Source: Zancudomyces culisetae HAW-14-8 (taxonomy: Eukaryota > Fungi > Kickxellomycota). From it: DNA of 64,000 nt. The stretch lies in NCBI GenBank assembly GCA_052426225.1, contig JBNJNM010000013.1:682001-746000 (forward strand), read 5' to 3'. Position 1 is the first letter of the stretch. The number at the start of each line of letters is the position of its first letter. Position numbers and translations under genes: made by a program. The notes under the pieces were generated by a model. It was not told the origin of the DNA. It searched no databases and worked only from the letters and a program-made list of their open reading frames with translations. This document shows positions 24,174-35,188 of this stretch, one piece after another.

Positions 24174-24738
24174 TATACTTTTCTTTTTTTTTTCCAGCCT
24201 TTACCAAACTTTTTGTAGACTTTACTCGTTTCGTTGTTTGTCTTGATATAATTTCAGACAACGTTTTTCAGGATAATAATATCATCTGTGTTTCCAAACT
24301 ACCATTTTGCTACTAACAACCCAGCATTCCACAAGATTTTATTTTACCACGGATTATTCATCTCAATCCTGAAATAATAAATGAAACAAAAAATGGATGG
24401 AAAAAGTAAAACTTTAAACCCAAAATTTTCTCAAACCCTTCCAAAAACGGATATTTAATTTGGATGGGCTTATTTTAATATACATATCTATTATTTTGCG
24501 CAAGACCGTCCTCTTCCCTTTAACCTGCTCGATACTGTCGCATATAAACTTTCACTTTATAGCCCTATTCCTTTGACTTTTAGAAGAATATCATCGAAGA
24601 GTCGTTTGGTTTTTTCAATTCAACACTGTTAATCCGCCAAATTAAAAATTCGAAAGGTTTTTCCAACATTCAAGAATTCCATGAAAGGTAGAAAAACAGA
24701 TACAATACGCCCGACTTTAGTAGAGTAAAAATATAAGA

Positions 24739-25230
24739 ATGCCAATAGGATACATTACACGAAAAGAGACGTTTTGTGCTGCACACCGTCTGCACTCTCC
24801 CGCACTATCGATCGCCGAAAACATCGAGCTATATCAAAAATGTAACAATCCAAATTCCCACGGTCACAACTACACCCTCTTCGTTACACTACGGGGAGAG
24901 ATTAACCCAGTGACTGGTATGGTAGCAAACATTGCGGAACTAAAGCGGATAATCCAAGTCCATGTTCTGGATTTGGTCGACCACAAAAATTTGGATTTGG
25001 ATGTTGAGTATTTCAGGGGCAAAGCTTCTGCTAAAGACAACAGCGATAGTAACAATGCTGGTGGTTGCGAAGATAGCAAAGCCACACCTAGCATCCCTTC
25101 TACCGTAGAAAACCTTTGTGTCTTTGTCTGGAGTCAATTACAAGCACAAGTCAATACTGACAAATACAGTTTATACAAAGTCGAAATTAGAGAAACTGAT
25201 AAGAACTCGGCTGTTTACAAAGGCGAATAG
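24739..25230 (+). CDS. PTS: 6-pyruvoyl-tetrahydropterin synthase (BH4 biosynthesis)
   Basis: F.AAHRLHS, catalytic KCNNP.SHGHNY, TGMV, DHKNLD.DV.YF, PST.EN and ETDKN...YKGE. Intronless. Confidence 0.95.
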   Translation: MPIGYITRKETFCAAHRLHSPALSIAENIELYQKCNNPNSHGHNYTLFVTLRGEINPVTGMVANIAELKRIIQVHVLDLVDHKNLDLDVEYFRGKASAKDNSDSNNAGGCEDSKATPSIPSTVENLCVFVWSQLQAQVNTDKYSLYKVEIRETDKNSAVYKGE

Positions 25231-26275
25231 AGGCATTGCAGAACGAGATTCATACACACTGATATGTAGTTTAAATTGCAAAGCAAAGGTACAGGATTTT
25301 TATACATTTGGTTGTGCTGTAGCATGCACTTCCTTTCATTTCCTCCACTTTTGTTAAAATCATAGTGTTGTAAACACTTTAATAAATATTTTTTTCTTGT
25401 TTATATGATTGAAAAACTAACTGTACGAATTGCAACACAAAAATAATAACATGGATCCACCTGCCTGTTAGGGCAAAGTAGATTATTACTTTAATTTACA
25501 ACTCAACCATGCTTAAAAGATGGTTATAGCTAGTATATCGCATTTTAAAATTTTCCACACATTTCGAAAAACTGCGAGCCAAGAATAATTGGCTTTTTCA
25601 AAATGCTCTACTAAAAACTGCGAATTTTGACAAAGAAAAAGACCAAAAGTCGCCTAAAGTTCTATTTATACAAAAAAAATGATTGAAAACTGATTTTGAT
25701 TGATATCTTGTTGCAAATTCGCGGAAAAAAGCTTTGGTGATGATTTGGACATTCGATTATGGGGTTTTTATGACCCAGTTTTTTATGCCTATGATTTAAA
25801 TAAGTAAACTATTTTTTAATAAAACTGATTTATTTTTTGTAAATTAAACGCGATAAATTAAAAGTAAACAACAAATGGAATTCAAAACAAAACTGGCCAT
25901 TGGATTCACGAACCACATTTAAAAAAAGGCAAACATGAACACACAATACAAAATTAATACACGTATCCTTTGTTTACATTTCATCAATTCCACGCACCAC
26001 ATTCGTGTTTACAATATGATAAACAAACACACAATGCGTTTGCTTCAACAATCAAGTGTAACAATGCAGGCTGTATACGAAATCGTTTTATTTTGGGTTG
26101 TTGGTATAAGAACAGTTTCAAAGTACCAATTTTTTTAATACCGTTTTTTTTTTGACATTACTCTCCCCTCTTTCAAAGTAGCACCGATAATAGCATACTC
26201 TTGAACCCAAGTTATTGAGTAATTATTCAATACTTTGTAACAGTTAGGATCACTTTACTAGTATTTTGCGGACAA

Positions 26276-27979
26276 ATGAATCAAGGCAGGAAGGTGAAAT
26301 CCCATACAAGGTCACGCACGCAGAGTGCAAAGACGGTACAACTGGATCTAGAAAAACACAAGTCAGACCAAACACTTAACTATCTGTTGGAAACTGTTGC
26401 GAATTCTCAAAGAGCGGTGTTCGTAACTGGTGCAGGGATCTCGGTTGCAGCAGGCATCTCAGACTTTAGATCTAAGAGCAGTGGGCTATTTTGCAAAATC
26501 AGTAAGAAATACCCCGGTCTATTTAGCTCCGGAAAGGAAATGTTTGACGGCTCAATAGTATTTAGCAGGACTGAAAATATGCTTGCTTTTTACGAGTTTA
26601 TGACAGAACTCACTGTCAAGTGTAGTGGTGCGAAACCCACATGTGCCCATAAAATGATTGCAGAGTTTGGAGCACAAAATAGACTTATGCGATGTTATAC
26701 ACAGAATATCGATGGTTTGGAAGGTAAAACCACTCTGCAGATCCATAATTTTTTCAACGACAATTCGCAAAACCCAACTAGTACCTCCGTTTCAAACCGC
26801 CGCAGTAGGAATGCTATTTGTAGCAGCAGAAGAACTTATAGATCAAAAATCAAGTCTCACCCATACTCAGATTGTAGCAGCGATATCGAAGTCGACATTG
26901 ATACTGGATGCGGGTTTGATGATGTTTACAGCCCTGTACACAACCCACAAGCTCAGAAACGATCTTTTGGTAAACCAACCATTGACGAAAAATACGGAAT
27001 TGACAACTTTGCTATTTCCTCTGAAATACCTAGCACCCTTTCAAAGAGCGAACACAGAAAGTATCTATTACAAACGAAAAAGGTTATTCCTTTGCATGGA
27101 ACCCTTGAAAACTTCATCTGTACATTATGCCGTAAATCCTATTCTTGTAAATTATTTCAATCTCAGCTTTTTGATAATTCAACGAACGGTTCCACAAAAA
27201 ACCCACCATTTGTAGCAAAAAAGGTCAGCTCTTACACGGACACTGTAGACAAAAGCACATTCAATAACACCTATAAAGCGCTGACAGACAACAAGTCATC
27301 CCACTATTCTTCATATCCCTCATCAGACTCAGAAATAGAACTGGGAAATCCGTGCCCAGAGTGCAAAACGCGAAGTGCAATCCGGGAAGCACAAGGTAAA
27401 CGCAATATAGCTGTTGGTACACTTCGACCGACTGTGGTCCTATATAACGAACCTCATATGTACGCTGAGGAACTGGATTTGTTTATTTCCAATGACACAA
27501 AAGTGCGTCCCAAGGGCAAAAACTCTCAGCCTGACCTTGTACTAATTATGGGTACGGCATTAACCACTCCAGGATGTATTAATCTGATTAAACAACTGTC
27601 AATCGCCGCACATTCAAATCCAAAACATCCAGGAAAAGTAATAGTAGTGAATAACGAACCAGTAAGTCATAGAATAACAGGTGATAGTGGCTCCAGGTGT
27701 TCTTCTTCTAGTAGCACTCCATATGTTGACTACGAAATCATTGGAGATGTTCAAAAGTTCAGCCAACTGATTCAAAGTGAGTGGACTAAACAGACCTCGC
27801 TTAAACGTTATATGAGTGTATCCAAATCGGTCGCATCAACAGTGTCATTTGGAGCCGGCTACAGTGAAGATACAAAAAAATCACTCAAGCGATCTGCTAG
27901 TAAAGAACCAAGTGAGGATATCAGTTTATACGGCAAAACTAGGTTGAGACCAAGAAAAGTTCTCAAGACCATTGGCTAG
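26276..27979 (+). CDS. NAD-dependent deacetylase, sirtuin of the Hst3/Hst4 type, with long insertions
   Basis: VTGAGISVAAGISDFRS, RCYTQNIDGLE, LHG, zinc pairs CTLC and CPEC, GKR...VGTLRP.VVLYNEPH, and PDLVLIMGT. Confidence 0.9.
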   Translation: MNQGRKVKSHTRSRTQSAKTVQLDLEKHKSDQTLNYLLETVANSQRAVFVTGAGISVAAGISDFRSKSSGLFCKISKKYPGLFSSGKEMFDGSIVFSRTENMLAFYEFMTELTVKCSGAKPTCAHKMIAEFGAQNRLMRCYTQNIDGLEGKTTLQIHNFFNDNSQNPTSTSVSNRRSRNAICSSRRTYRSKIKSHPYSDCSSDIEVDIDTGCGFDDVYSPVHNPQAQKRSFGKPTIDEKYGIDNFAISSEIPSTLSKSEHRKYLLQTKKVIPLHGTLENFICTLCRKSYSCKLFQSQLFDNSTNGSTKNPPFVAKKVSSYTDTVDKSTFNNTYKALTDNKSSHYSSYPSSDSEIELGNPCPECKTRSAIREAQGKRNIAVGTLRPTVVLYNEPHMYAEELDLFISNDTKVRPKGKNSQPDLVLIMGTALTTPGCINLIKQLSIAAHSNPKHPGKVIVVNNEPVSHRITGDSGSRCSSSSSTPYVDYEIIGDVQKFSQLIQSEWTKQTSLKRYMSVSKSVASTVSFGAGYSEDTKKSLKRSASKEPSEDISLYGKTRLRPRKVLKTIG

Positions 27980-28337
27980 CTACGTTGGTTGGGTGATGTG
28001 TTTCACATTTTAGTTTGAAATAAGTTTTGTAATAACTTTATTTTATTTGTTTCTTATAATAATTAGAACTGGGTCCTTTGTTTATTTAATGTTTTGTAGA
28101 TATATCAAGTAAAAAGGATTTCAAAGTACCAGTACCAGCAGAAATGAAGAGATTGAAATGTTTGCAAGTATCAATGTGGCAGCAATGAAGTAATGTTTAG
28201 ATAGAGTAAAATAAAAGATGCTTAAAAAACATAACTGTTATAAAAAAGGTAAAGTGGGAGATACGAGAACATATTCTAAAAATTGGTAGATACCATCCCA
28301 CACGCGTACCCCAAACTTGGAATCAAATACTAGGAAG

Positions 28338-30722
28338 CTAACCGTCACCCATAGAACTGATTGTTGCGTTAAACCCAACGTGTGTGTTGTCTTTGTTGAT
28401 AAATTCACATCCTGAAGTGGTATCACACCTTTGTGCCTGTTCTATAGGGTTGTATAATAGCTCAGTAAAATCAAACCCTGAAATATCATCCTTATGCTTA
28501 GATATAGTGAAATTTTGGTCAAATGTTGGAGACTGGGTTTTAGACATCTCTTTGTAATTCGCGCTCAAAATAGAATGATAAACACGTTCAAGCATATTTT
28601 TGCACTGCTCAAGCAATGCGGTGTTTTGAAGAGATGTATAACGATTAACAACCTTTACAAAAAATTTTCTAGGATCATCATCCAGGCTTGGGTTGTTATT
28701 AGTATGAATTTCATGATTCTGTGGCTGTTTCTTTGATATACCGAGGTCCCCCAATATCAAATTGAGTTTTTCTGCCTCCTTGATAGCTGGTTTCAAATCG
28801 ATTGCCATTATAATTTGTTTTCCATCACTTTCATTATCCAAAGGCAATAAAAACTCGCTATTTTTACTCAGACTCTCTTTTGCAAAAATTCGACTTAGTA
28901 GGAATGGTTCATGAATCTTGGAGGAAAGAGTGTTGAAGCAGCACTCTTGTTTGTAATAGTTGCTTCCATTTGGAACTAGCCACGGATTGTAGTCACATGA
29001 TGAAAGCATCATCTTTTTAAAGTTCTCGGGGATGTTTTTAAACTTGGAATTGGCCTTATCATAGCTTTTTTTAAGATCAGATATATTGTTGGCCAAATAC
29101 AAATACGTCTTTGCTAGTGGGGTTGTTGCTTTAAGCTGCTCAAAATATTCGATTATTACTTTTTTGCCATTTACAATTGCATTGTGTCTACTCAGGTTCC
29201 TGATATACTCTAGATTTGTGAGGTGCCTGAAAACATGAGAGGTCAAATAGTTTAACTCTATATCAAACTTTTCTATTGGAAACGTTGACAGTAGCCAGTA
29301 AAACACTTCTATAAAGTAGATAGTATTGTTGATTAATATAACTTTGGCAGCTTTTACTCTCTCTGGAGGAATATCCACATTCTCGTAGTAAGCTACTTCT
29401 GACGCATTCAAATGAAGATTGGTCACACAGGTATTCAGCATCAGTGTACAGTATCGTAGTATAAAGTACTCAATGTTCATTGCGTTTACTATGCCTGGAT
29501 TGCGTACTGAAAATGTCAATATATTTTTCAGTTCATTATGAAACCTCGTTACCATCATTCTCTGAAACACTGTAGCGTTTGTAAACAATTTCAGGTAGCG
29601 TCGATAATCTAGTTTCATGTCCTTTGCTATTGTAATTTCTCTCCGGTTGATAAACGTTACAATTCCGTATCTTATTTTATTTAGCATCACATATGAACCA
29701 AATGTATCAAACTTGAATTCCCCTTGGTTGTTTAGAATTACATCACAATTGTATGCCGCTTTGGAGTTTGATGATACAAAACTGGTATTACAATGCCATA
29801 GACGATCATTGCTCGGTAGGTTTACGAATACATCTTTGAGCTGTATAGCTGGCAGCAGTGTCAAACCCTCAGATACCAACATGCAATAAATGTATATAGA
29901 CCACCAAAGACGTCTTCCAAGTTCCTTTTCTACTATTGAATATTTACCCTCTTTCTCAGGTGTGCTGACGGAATGTGCATCCACCATATGCAATTTCATT
30001 GAAATGGCCAGCTTTGTTGCCAAATGGAAATATTTTGTGCATTGCGATGCAAGTCCAGTGACGGAATAATATCTACTTAGAACCTGCATTGTCCATATGC
30101 CCAAACAATCTGGATGAATAAATATGTTTTTCATGTATTCGGTGGTATAGTTCAATGCTCGTTTACGCCTCTCTTCAGTAAATACTTTAAAAAAATCGTC
30201 ATCTTTTAATACAGTTGATCCCATCAGTAAAAGAGTACAAACCACGTACTTTGGCACTTGAAAAGTCTTTACGTTTTGTATAAACTGGGGAATTCTTACA
30301 ACATTTGTAAGCAAAGGATAGCGATACATAAACATGTACATTAGCTCATCTATCACGTCTCGTAGGAGTCTTGATAACTCTATATCCTCCGCATCCCTAC
30401 CAATTATATTCTGAATGTCCACATCAATGATGCAGGCATCTGTCATCAAATTCTTTATTTCATGCCTTATACCATGATTGGAGCTTTCATTGGCTGTGGT
30501 TTTCATTTTTTTGCTCTGTTTTTTCAATTGTTCAACTCTTTTTTCTATATCTGCGAGTTTTTCAAACAAAGGTTCATTCATGGGTCTCTTATGCACATTT
30601 CTTTTTTCATTAAGTCTAAACGTTATTATGTATTTTTTGTAGGTATTGTCAGCATTTGACTTTGCCCTTGTTCGATTGCCACCACCAGCAGATTCTTCTC
30701 TCTCAGAATTTTTTTGAGTCAT
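28338..30722 (-). CDS. Fungal-specific transcription factor (Fungal_trans/MHR) domain protein with no visible Zn2Cys6 cluster
   Basis: 794-aa ORF with LAISMKLH...EKELGRRLWWSIY...VNLPSND.LW, typical of the middle homology region. Confidence 0.7.
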   Translation of the reverse strand: MTQKNSEREESAGGGNRTRAKSNADNTYKKYIITFRLNEKRNVHKRPMNEPLFEKLADIEKRVEQLKKQSKKMKTTANESSNHGIRHEIKNLMTDACIIDVDIQNIIGRDAEDIELSRLLRDVIDELMYMFMYRYPLLTNVVRIPQFIQNVKTFQVPKYVVCTLLLMGSTVLKDDDFFKVFTEERRKRALNYTTEYMKNIFIHPDCLGIWTMQVLSRYYSVTGLASQCTKYFHLATKLAISMKLHMVDAHSVSTPEKEGKYSIVEKELGRRLWWSIYIYCMLVSEGLTLLPAIQLKDVFVNLPSNDRLWHCNTSFVSSNSKAAYNCDVILNNQGEFKFDTFGSYVMLNKIRYGIVTFINRREITIAKDMKLDYRRYLKLFTNATVFQRMMVTRFHNELKNILTFSVRNPGIVNAMNIEYFILRYCTLMLNTCVTNLHLNASEVAYYENVDIPPERVKAAKVILINNTIYFIEVFYWLLSTFPIEKFDIELNYLTSHVFRHLTNLEYIRNLSRHNAIVNGKKVIIEYFEQLKATTPLAKTYLYLANNISDLKKSYDKANSKFKNIPENFKKMMLSSCDYNPWLVPNGSNYYKQECCFNTLSSKIHEPFLLSRIFAKESLSKNSEFLLPLDNESDGKQIIMAIDLKPAIKEAEKLNLILGDLGISKKQPQNHEIHTNNNPSLDDDPRKFFVKVVNRYTSLQNTALLEQCKNMLERVYHSILSANYKEMSKTQSPTFDQNFTISKHKDDISGFDFTELLYNPIEQAQRCDTTSGCEFINKDNTHVGFNATISSMGDG

Positions 30723-30997
30723 TGTATAAAAGTAGAGTAGAAATAATCCTGGAATGGGTTGATTGATACGAGATAGTAATAACCGCCACCCATACTAAGT
30801 CCTGTGTTTATATACTACTATTTTTATTTTTAGGCTCATATCTTTAGTGTTTTGCCCTTTTTGATACTTGGAATATGAAACTCAATCTTTTCATATATCC
30901 GTACTTCTGACCAACTCCTTTGATTGATTGAAAATAGTTGATATTTTGAATTGGGAACAAAAAAACAAACACATATCTTCTAACAAAAACAAAAACA

Positions 30998-31082
30998 GGA
31001 TGAAAAAAAGATGAAATAAAGATGAAAAAAAGATGAAGTAAAGATGAAAAAAAGATGAAAAAAAAATGAAAAAAAAATGAAA
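30998..31082 (+). repeat. Imperfect purine-rich tandem repeat (GATGAAAAAAA-like units)
   Basis: About 7 imperfect copies of (G)ATGA(A)n, upstream of the transcription factor gene. Confidence 0.7.
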
Positions 31083-32199
31083 GCTCAACTCAACTTTGTT
31101 ATTCCCAACAAACTCAATTCAAAATAATCTGAAATCTATTCAAATCTCAGTTAATATACTGGGGTTTATGTAACATTCATCTAAAGATGCCAGTACAACC
31201 GAGAAAATTTCCTACGGTAACATAAAAATATACCACTATTAGATGAAAACCACTACCTCATCTTTTCCAAATTAAGCCCAAGCTTCCAAAACAAAACACT
31301 CGCAACATTATCAATATTCCATCCATCGGGATGGCTCTAATTAAATATCAGCTGAGTGGGTGTGATTTACGAGATACTAATATTATAGATAAATATATAT
31401 TCGTATCTACTTGGTTATCTTTTCAAAGCTAATATATACAACTAGATCTAACCCACCTTATTACCTTCACAGAAATACAACTATATATCCCTTGTGTCGT
31501 GGAGACAATTTTGTAAACAAAGTCTTTTTTTCAGTTATTTACTTTATGATACCCTTCCCATTTGTTATTCTCACTTCAGTAACAACAGCAAAGTATTTTT
31601 TTATACTTCGTATCAGGACGACGGCTTTAAATTCAATCAAAAACTAAGGTACATCAAGTAGTGTGATGCTATGGCCTAACATTATGGATTTTACTGTTTC
31701 AAATATCCAGCTTATTAAGTGTGAATATACTAAGACGAACCAAATTGGTCAAATAGATTCAATTGGTTTTCCGGCTAAACTGTACTTAATATCCTCACAC
31801 TAATTTATTCTCACTATTCTATCGTAGCTAGTAGTTTACTATATCATAATGTTTCCTATCTGACGTTCTGGTTAATACTTGAGAGTGATTTTATCTCCAT
31901 TCACAATATCTTTCTATTCTATCCTGTGATTACGATTTATTCGGGCTTTCGTTATATGTTTTTTATAGTTTAAAGCTCCGAAAATTCAGTAGCTTTTAAC
32001 AAAAAAAACCAACACTAATGACAATAAAATAGCCGAAAGCTAATGGTATGTTCCACTATCTATCTTAATTTTAGGCTAATTAAAATAGGCTAGTTAGTGT
32101 GTATGGTTATTGTTTTTGTAGTTTTGTGTGGTATTTATTTAGTATTTATTTGGTGAAATATTGATAATTAAAGGATGTATGAAAACTATAACAGCCACC

Positions 32200-34800
32200 T
32201 GAGCACCAGTCTGATGTTTCTGTACTAGTCCAACTCCTCATCATTACCAATATTCTCTGAATAACTAATGTTGCAATACATGCTAAATGCATCCTTGGAT
32301 CATATGGTATAACCCTCCTTAACAACTCTACAATGAAATATGTATAATTTCTTGCTTCAGGATCTTCAACAATTTTCGGCTTGTCATTGAATATCGAAAA
32401 AACTCGCTACTTTGCCTTACAAGTTGTGCACTGGTTTCCTTTTTTTTAAAGCGTATTCTTTGAATATCAATTATTTGCCGTACTGTTTCCTTGTTAAAAT
32501 CTGCCTGTAAATATATGGTCTCAATCCATTAAACATCATCCCATATGCTGTCATCTCTCGACATTTATTAATACCAAACTCCCACACCTCCATTAAACAA
32601 CTCGATATAAAGCAACCGTTCCGCCTACTAGTTGTTCTTTGACATTTTTGTAGCCGAATTTAGTATCTGCTTTATTCTCCACAACTAGATTACACTTGTA
32701 TCCATACTGATGATGCATTGCTACATCCACCTCTGATTATATTATTGGTGTTTGTATACTGCGTACACTCAGCAATAAATGTGATACTTTCAACCCACCA
32801 TTTCTGCTGAACGAAAATATATCCAACAAATTCTTGAGATAACTATTCACAACAGATTCGTTTGCTTTGTTTTACCACATACTTCTAACGATTATCCTGG
32901 CATATCGATACACAGTATTTCGATCAGGTTTGTTGAGGTTATTTGGTGTTCCATTTCTACATTTTACTTTATCGTTTAGAGAAGCTGATCTCTGGTTTTT
33001 TTTAGTGGATATGTATATTCACACTTTTTCTCACTGTTCAACCCAAGGGTAACTTTGCCACACTCTTGGTCGTATTAACAGTATTGCTATCTGGTTCTCG
33101 ATAGTAAATGCCGGTGTAACTATCTCTACTTTGATCAAGCAAATATCTCAAACACCATCATGCCCTGTTATTCTATTATCACCACATCCATAGCTATCGA
33201 TTTTAAACCTCTCTCACCCCCTCCCCACATGGTCGTGCAGGGAGAGTGTGGTTCCTAACGATTTTATTTATTCCTACTACACTTGGGTAATTCTTTATGT
33301 TTATGTGCTGCTTTTTTTCAAGGTATTTATATTGTTTTTTTCTCGTCTGCTCATGGAAAATAGGGTTTATCTACCAACAAATACGTCATCATACATTCTA
33401 TTTTTTGTAACAGCTTTGATAAAATAATCTATCCGCCTTACTTTGCTATACAACCTTGAACACAATACATTAAACTTTTAAATGGTTTTTTTCACTCAGC
33501 ATTCACCAATTTATTACCATCAAGCAATGAGTACTTGAAGTGGATGTTAACATTGTATCGGTATGTTGGTTGAAACTATTAAAATCGTCTAAAACGGAAT
33601 ACTGAATAACGCGTATAAAAATAAGCAGGAAACATCACTCTTTGCATCTCCTCCCGTTGGTGAGTAGGTTGTTTGGCACAATATGTTACTTCAACCAATT
33701 CATGTGAATAACCGAGCAAAACTGCAGATTTAACAAAGTACAGCCATAAAAACAGCACTATTTCTATGAATTACGAAACAAACCCAATTGACATTCATAC
33801 ACCCAGCTCGACTTGGTATTATGAATATTCACCTACTTAGCGTGACTACTATCATATCCATAGTGGTTATACTGATTGTGTTTAAAGAGTTGAGGGTCAG
33901 AACCCAAGAATGTGTTATTCCAATACAGTCAAGCCAAAGTAAATAAACATCAAACCCTCACGTTTATTCAGCACAACTATTCACTTTTGAAATACACAAA
34001 CCATCAGTCCCATAAACTAATTTATCACTGTATTCTCACACCATGAATTCTTTGACAAAATGGTGCAATAATAACTCCACTTATAGTTGATTGCACAAAC
34101 TTTTGCATACAACCATATTTTCGATAACAACACCCGCTCCTCCCTCCAATTAACATGGTTTTCTATTCGCTTAGATTTTTATCTCGCTTGAACTCTACTA
34201 CTAATATATCGGTACTCTCATTAATATCAAATTTGATATAACCAAAACAAAACAGCTTGCAACTTGAGCCAATACACTAGGGTTTCCACCCTTCATATTT
34301 TTCAATAATAGTTTTCAAAAACAACAATGCCACTTGTAAAACCAAATCAAAGCTTGAATACTCTAATACATCATTTAATTGATATTTCCAGTTACTAATA
34401 CCAGAAAGTGTAATACAACACTTGTTAACTCCAAAACCTGTGGGTAAGAGAACGGTGCTCAATGAAGGTGTTTTACTAATATCTTGTTGGGAAGTGTTTA
34501 TTTCCCACAATTACACCAACTCGGGCATTAAACCCGCTCAGTTCTGTGCCATACTACTGGGTTTTCGTATAATTTCTTTAGTCTGTTCATAAAGCCATTT
34601 ATCCCACAGACTAGCTGTGATCCACTATAGTTTCTGGCCTAACATATCCTTGTAGTGAATTATGGTTAAGGGACAAGCAATCAAAGCCTGGACCCATCAA
34701 TTATTGTTGAAATTCAAACCAATTTCCATCTTTAGCAAGCATTTGGTGAGCAGCGGGTTCTTAGTGAGATAGGAAACAATTAGTCGTGTGTTTACCATAT
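32200..34800 (-). mobile_element. Highly decayed non-LTR (LINE) retrotransposon remnant
   Basis: Minus-strand fragments occur in LINE ORF2 order: GINGFMNRLKKLYENP (~34600-34555), a YLGIPF-like stretch (~33615-33585), LFSMSRR (~33365-33345) and a frameshifted VES..HLLL-EC zinc-knuckle remnant (~32795-32760). Many stops and frameshifts; limits approximate. Confidence 0.45.
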
Positions 34801-35188
34801 GGAGTATGTATTTTTTTTACCAGATTGGCATATTTGCCAAAATTGTGACCAAAGAGGGTATCGTCATTACTGTAACATTTAAAAAGCTACCTTTTTTTAT
34901 TATATCAATCAATTCTAACAGTATACGATGAAGGTGTTTATGATATTAAAATCCAATGTATCCGAAAACACAATGAGTCAACAGTTTGTATTTCAATGTA
35001 TGAAATCATTTCTTTTTTGTGTAAATTAAGATATCCAATGTTGAATTTTTAGCTTGTATTAAATAAAGGTCGATAGTAAATGTAGATTAAAGTAGTCATT
35101 TAAAGTGTTGAAATACAAAAGCAACAGTATCATGTAAGAAACAAAGAATGCGTGTGTAGATCTGGAATTTTTAGTACATGTATGTTCA

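Noticed and set aside
25736-25828. GTGATGA...CTGA as a possible box C/D snoRNA
   Set aside because: No terminal stem or recognisable rRNA guide. Such motifs are common in AT-rich DNA.
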